From assembly GCF_009914755.1 (NCBI RefSeq), contig NC_060936.1: 64,000 nucleotides of DNA, one strand, 5' to 3'. The notes beneath the pieces were generated by a model that did no database searches, had not been told where the DNA came from, and saw only the letters and a list, made by a program, of their open reading frames with translations. Numbering within the stretch: position 1 is the stretch's first letter; every line of letters starts with the position of its first letter. Positions 61,506 to 64,000 of this stretch are shown in pieces. The translations under genes were made by a program, and so were the position numbers. This DNA comes from the human T2T-CHM13v2.0 reference genome, Homo sapiens.

Positions 61506-62316
61506 CAATTGACCCTTGAATAACACGGGTTTGAACTGTGTGGGTCCACTTATATGTAGATTTTTTTTTCACTAAAAGTTACACCTGCTCCTCTTGCCTC
61601 CCCTTCCACCTTCTCTACCTCTTCTGTCTCTGCAACTTCTGAAACAGCAAGACCAATCCCTCTTGTTCCTTCTCCTACTCAGCCTACTCAACATAAAGAT
61701 GATAAGCATAAAGACCTTTCTAGGCTAGGTATGGTGGCTCACACCTGTAATCCCAGTACTTTGAGGGGGCTGAAGCCAGAGTATCACTTAAGGACAGGAG
61801 TTCAAGACCAGCCTGAGCAACATAGTGAGACCCTGTTTCTAAAAAACAGTTACAAAATTGGCTAAGCATGTTGGTGCACACCTGTAGTCCCAGTTACTTG
61901 GAAGGCGGAGGTGGGAGGATCATTTGAGCCTGGAAAGTTGAGGCTGCAGTGAGCTGTGATTGTGTTACTTCACTCCAGACTGGGCGACACCGTCTCAAAA
62001 CAAACAAACAAACAAAAAAAAAACAAAAGAATGAAGACCTTTTTGATGACACTCTTCCACTTAATGAAAAGGAAATACATTTTCTCTTGCTTATAATTTT
62101 CTTAACACTTTTTCTCTAGCTTACTTTATTACAAGAATATAGTATATAATACATATAAAATATGTATCAACTGACTATTGATGTTATCAGTAAGGCTTCT
62201 GGTCAACAGTAGGCTATTAGCAGTTAAGTTTTTAGGGAATCAAAAGTTATATGCAGATTTTCTGACTATGCAAGAGGTCAGTGCCCCTAATCCCCACTTT
62301 GTTCAATGATTATTTG
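61506..62316. mobile_element. Tigger2-derived non-autonomous element (Tigger2a/MER28-like), interrupted by an AluJ
   Basis: Starts ta|caattgacccttgaataacacgggtttgaactgtgtgggtccacttat; ends gtgcccctaatcccc...ttgttcaatgattatttg (degenerate TIR). Confidence 0.8.
61723..62026 (+). mobile_element. AluJ nested in the Tigger2-type element
   Basis: ggctaggtatggtggctcacacctgtaatccc...gggaggatcatttgagcctgg; degenerate TSD around aagaccttt. Confidence 0.92.
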
Positions 62317-62480
62317 CAATGTAAAACACTAAAGTAACATGAAAAGGATACTTAAATAACAGAAGATTTGACAATTCAGAAAAGTCATTAAGGATTGTGC
62401 TAGGCCCAAATTTTATCATAATAAAGAGTAATTTTGTTATCAACAGGAAAATAATCGCAGCTTTAAGATGACTTTCTATG

Positions 62481-62596
62481 TTTTTTAAAAAGGGATGGGT
62501 TCTTGCTGTGTTGCCCAGGTTGGACTCAAACTCCTGGGCTCAAGTGATCCTCCCACCTTAGCCTCCTGAGAAGCATCCTTGTAGCCACCATGCCAG
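62481..62596 (-). mobile_element. FLAM/Alu monomer fragment
   Basis: gttgcccaggttggactcaaactcctgggctcaagtgatcctcccacc. Confidence 0.8.
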
Positions 62597-62701
62597 AATC
62601 TAATTATTTATATGCTGAATAAATAAGTATTTACTGTGGGAAAATAACAACGTGGAGAGAGGGGGTTCTGCTGCTTATACTTGTTTTTATACATTGTTGG
62701 T

Positions 62702-63193
62702 TGTGGTAAAGACTGCTAATTGGTGAACTAACATCCCTTTTCTTTTTTTCTAATATGGAACACTGATTTTTCAGAGTGATGGCAATATACTCAAGCCAAT
62801 AAACTATACATTTTCTACATGACTAAGTCATGGCTAATAAGATATGAGTGGATGTTTCTGGATGGGACTTCTGAGGAAAGTGCCTTAAAGCAGAGGGCTG
62901 ATGTAGCTGGGATGTAACTCTTTCCTTTGCCCTTCTTCCTCCATGGAACTTGGATGAGATGGCTACAGCTCAGGCAGCCATCTTGGGGCCTGAGGTAACA
63001 ACCACATGTTAAGGATGTCCAAGCAGGAAAAATGGAAGGCTCCTGGGTCCCACTGGTGACTGTAGCATCACTACACGTGGGCCACCAACCTGTAAAATTC
63101 TCATCACAGATGAAAAATAATCAACTAAATTTTTAAAGCCACTATTTTTAGGTCTTTATATCTAGCAGCTGTGTACAATATCTAACCCATCCA
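62702..63193 (+). mobile_element. LTR33-like ERVL solo LTR
   Basis: Starts tgtggtaaagactgctaattg; internal gatggctacagctcaggcagccatcttg; ends tttaaagccactatttttaggtc...tagcagctg...ctaac. Confidence 0.7.
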
Positions 63194-64000
63194 TCAGTAA
63201 AATAGGAATAAAATGGATATGACATCCCACTGAAGTAAGACAGCCTTCTTCAAATTTTAACCAAAACATCCTGTAGGATTTTAACCTCACTGCATAACAC
63301 ATGACAGTTTTATTTCAAGGGAAATCAAAGGAGAGAGGAGCTCCTTTCATGACATTTCAGAGGTAAGTGTGCTAAAGCTGTGGCACTATCACCACAGGGC
63401 ATTATTCTAAACATGGATGCTTATTGCTTTTTTCAGGAGAGAGGTGGTTTTCTACGTACGCTGCAACTAGGAGAGGCAAAAAGGAAATGTGGGGCCCACA
63501 CAGCAAAAGCAGCAGGAATCAAAGTTGCTTGCTTTGTAAATCCTGAGATCGGAATGCTACGTATGTTAGGCTCTCAGAGGTCTAGTTTAATAAAATTCCT
63601 ATTTTAATTACAGCAGCATCCTTAAAGTGCTATCATTAAGGTTGTGTCAGCAATTACTTTTTTACAACCTTATTTTCCAGAGAATAATAAAAATGTGTTT
63701 GGCACTGATACCTAGGGCTGAAAGCTGGCACTCAGCTCTCCAACTATGCGCTTTTCCTTGCTTCTGACAAATTGGAAGAGAACCTGTACTGTGCTTCCTT
63801 GAAACTGTGAAAATTCTAAATGATCAGACCTCCAAATTGCTTTGCCTTTGATTGTCTGAAATTCAGGTCTATGAACTGTCAGGGGCGATCACTGCTGTCA
63901 TGTTTCAGGATGAGAAATGTGGTTTCTACAGTAACAACAGCTCAGATTGATTAGGGCTTAAAAATTAAAATCACCCCTCTGAACTGTACTTTAAAGAAGG

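Overview
This is primate genomic DNA, most consistent with human: AT-rich, CpG-depleted and dense in Alu, L1, L2, MIR, LTR and DNA-transposon relics. It contains one supportable host coding segment, which the ORF track misses: a 55-nt first coding exon on the minus strand (8396->8342). It encodes MIAVSFKCRCQILRRLTK+G and ends at an AAG|GTATCG donor. I recognise this as the N-terminus of GRIP1 (glutamate receptor-interacting protein 1, GRIP1a-type start; human 12q14). Positions 1-8341 are therefore intron 1. About 8400-8900 is the 5'UTR and a CpG-poor promoter. The remaining ~55 kb is upstream sequence, probably intronic for GRIP1 isoforms driven from more distal promoters (recalled, not visible here). 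The listed ORFs I examined are chance or repeat-derived. I found no prokaryote-type system and no convincing new gene or novel system. The items most worth a second look are: two uORFs and a competing splice donor in the GRIP1 leader; a perfect 46-bp-stem palindrome inside an old Alu (20159-20264); a young 110-bp tandem duplication (16047-16258); and several CTCF-like sites. Repeat subfamily names are from recalled consensus sequences, and boundaries of old repeats are approximate.
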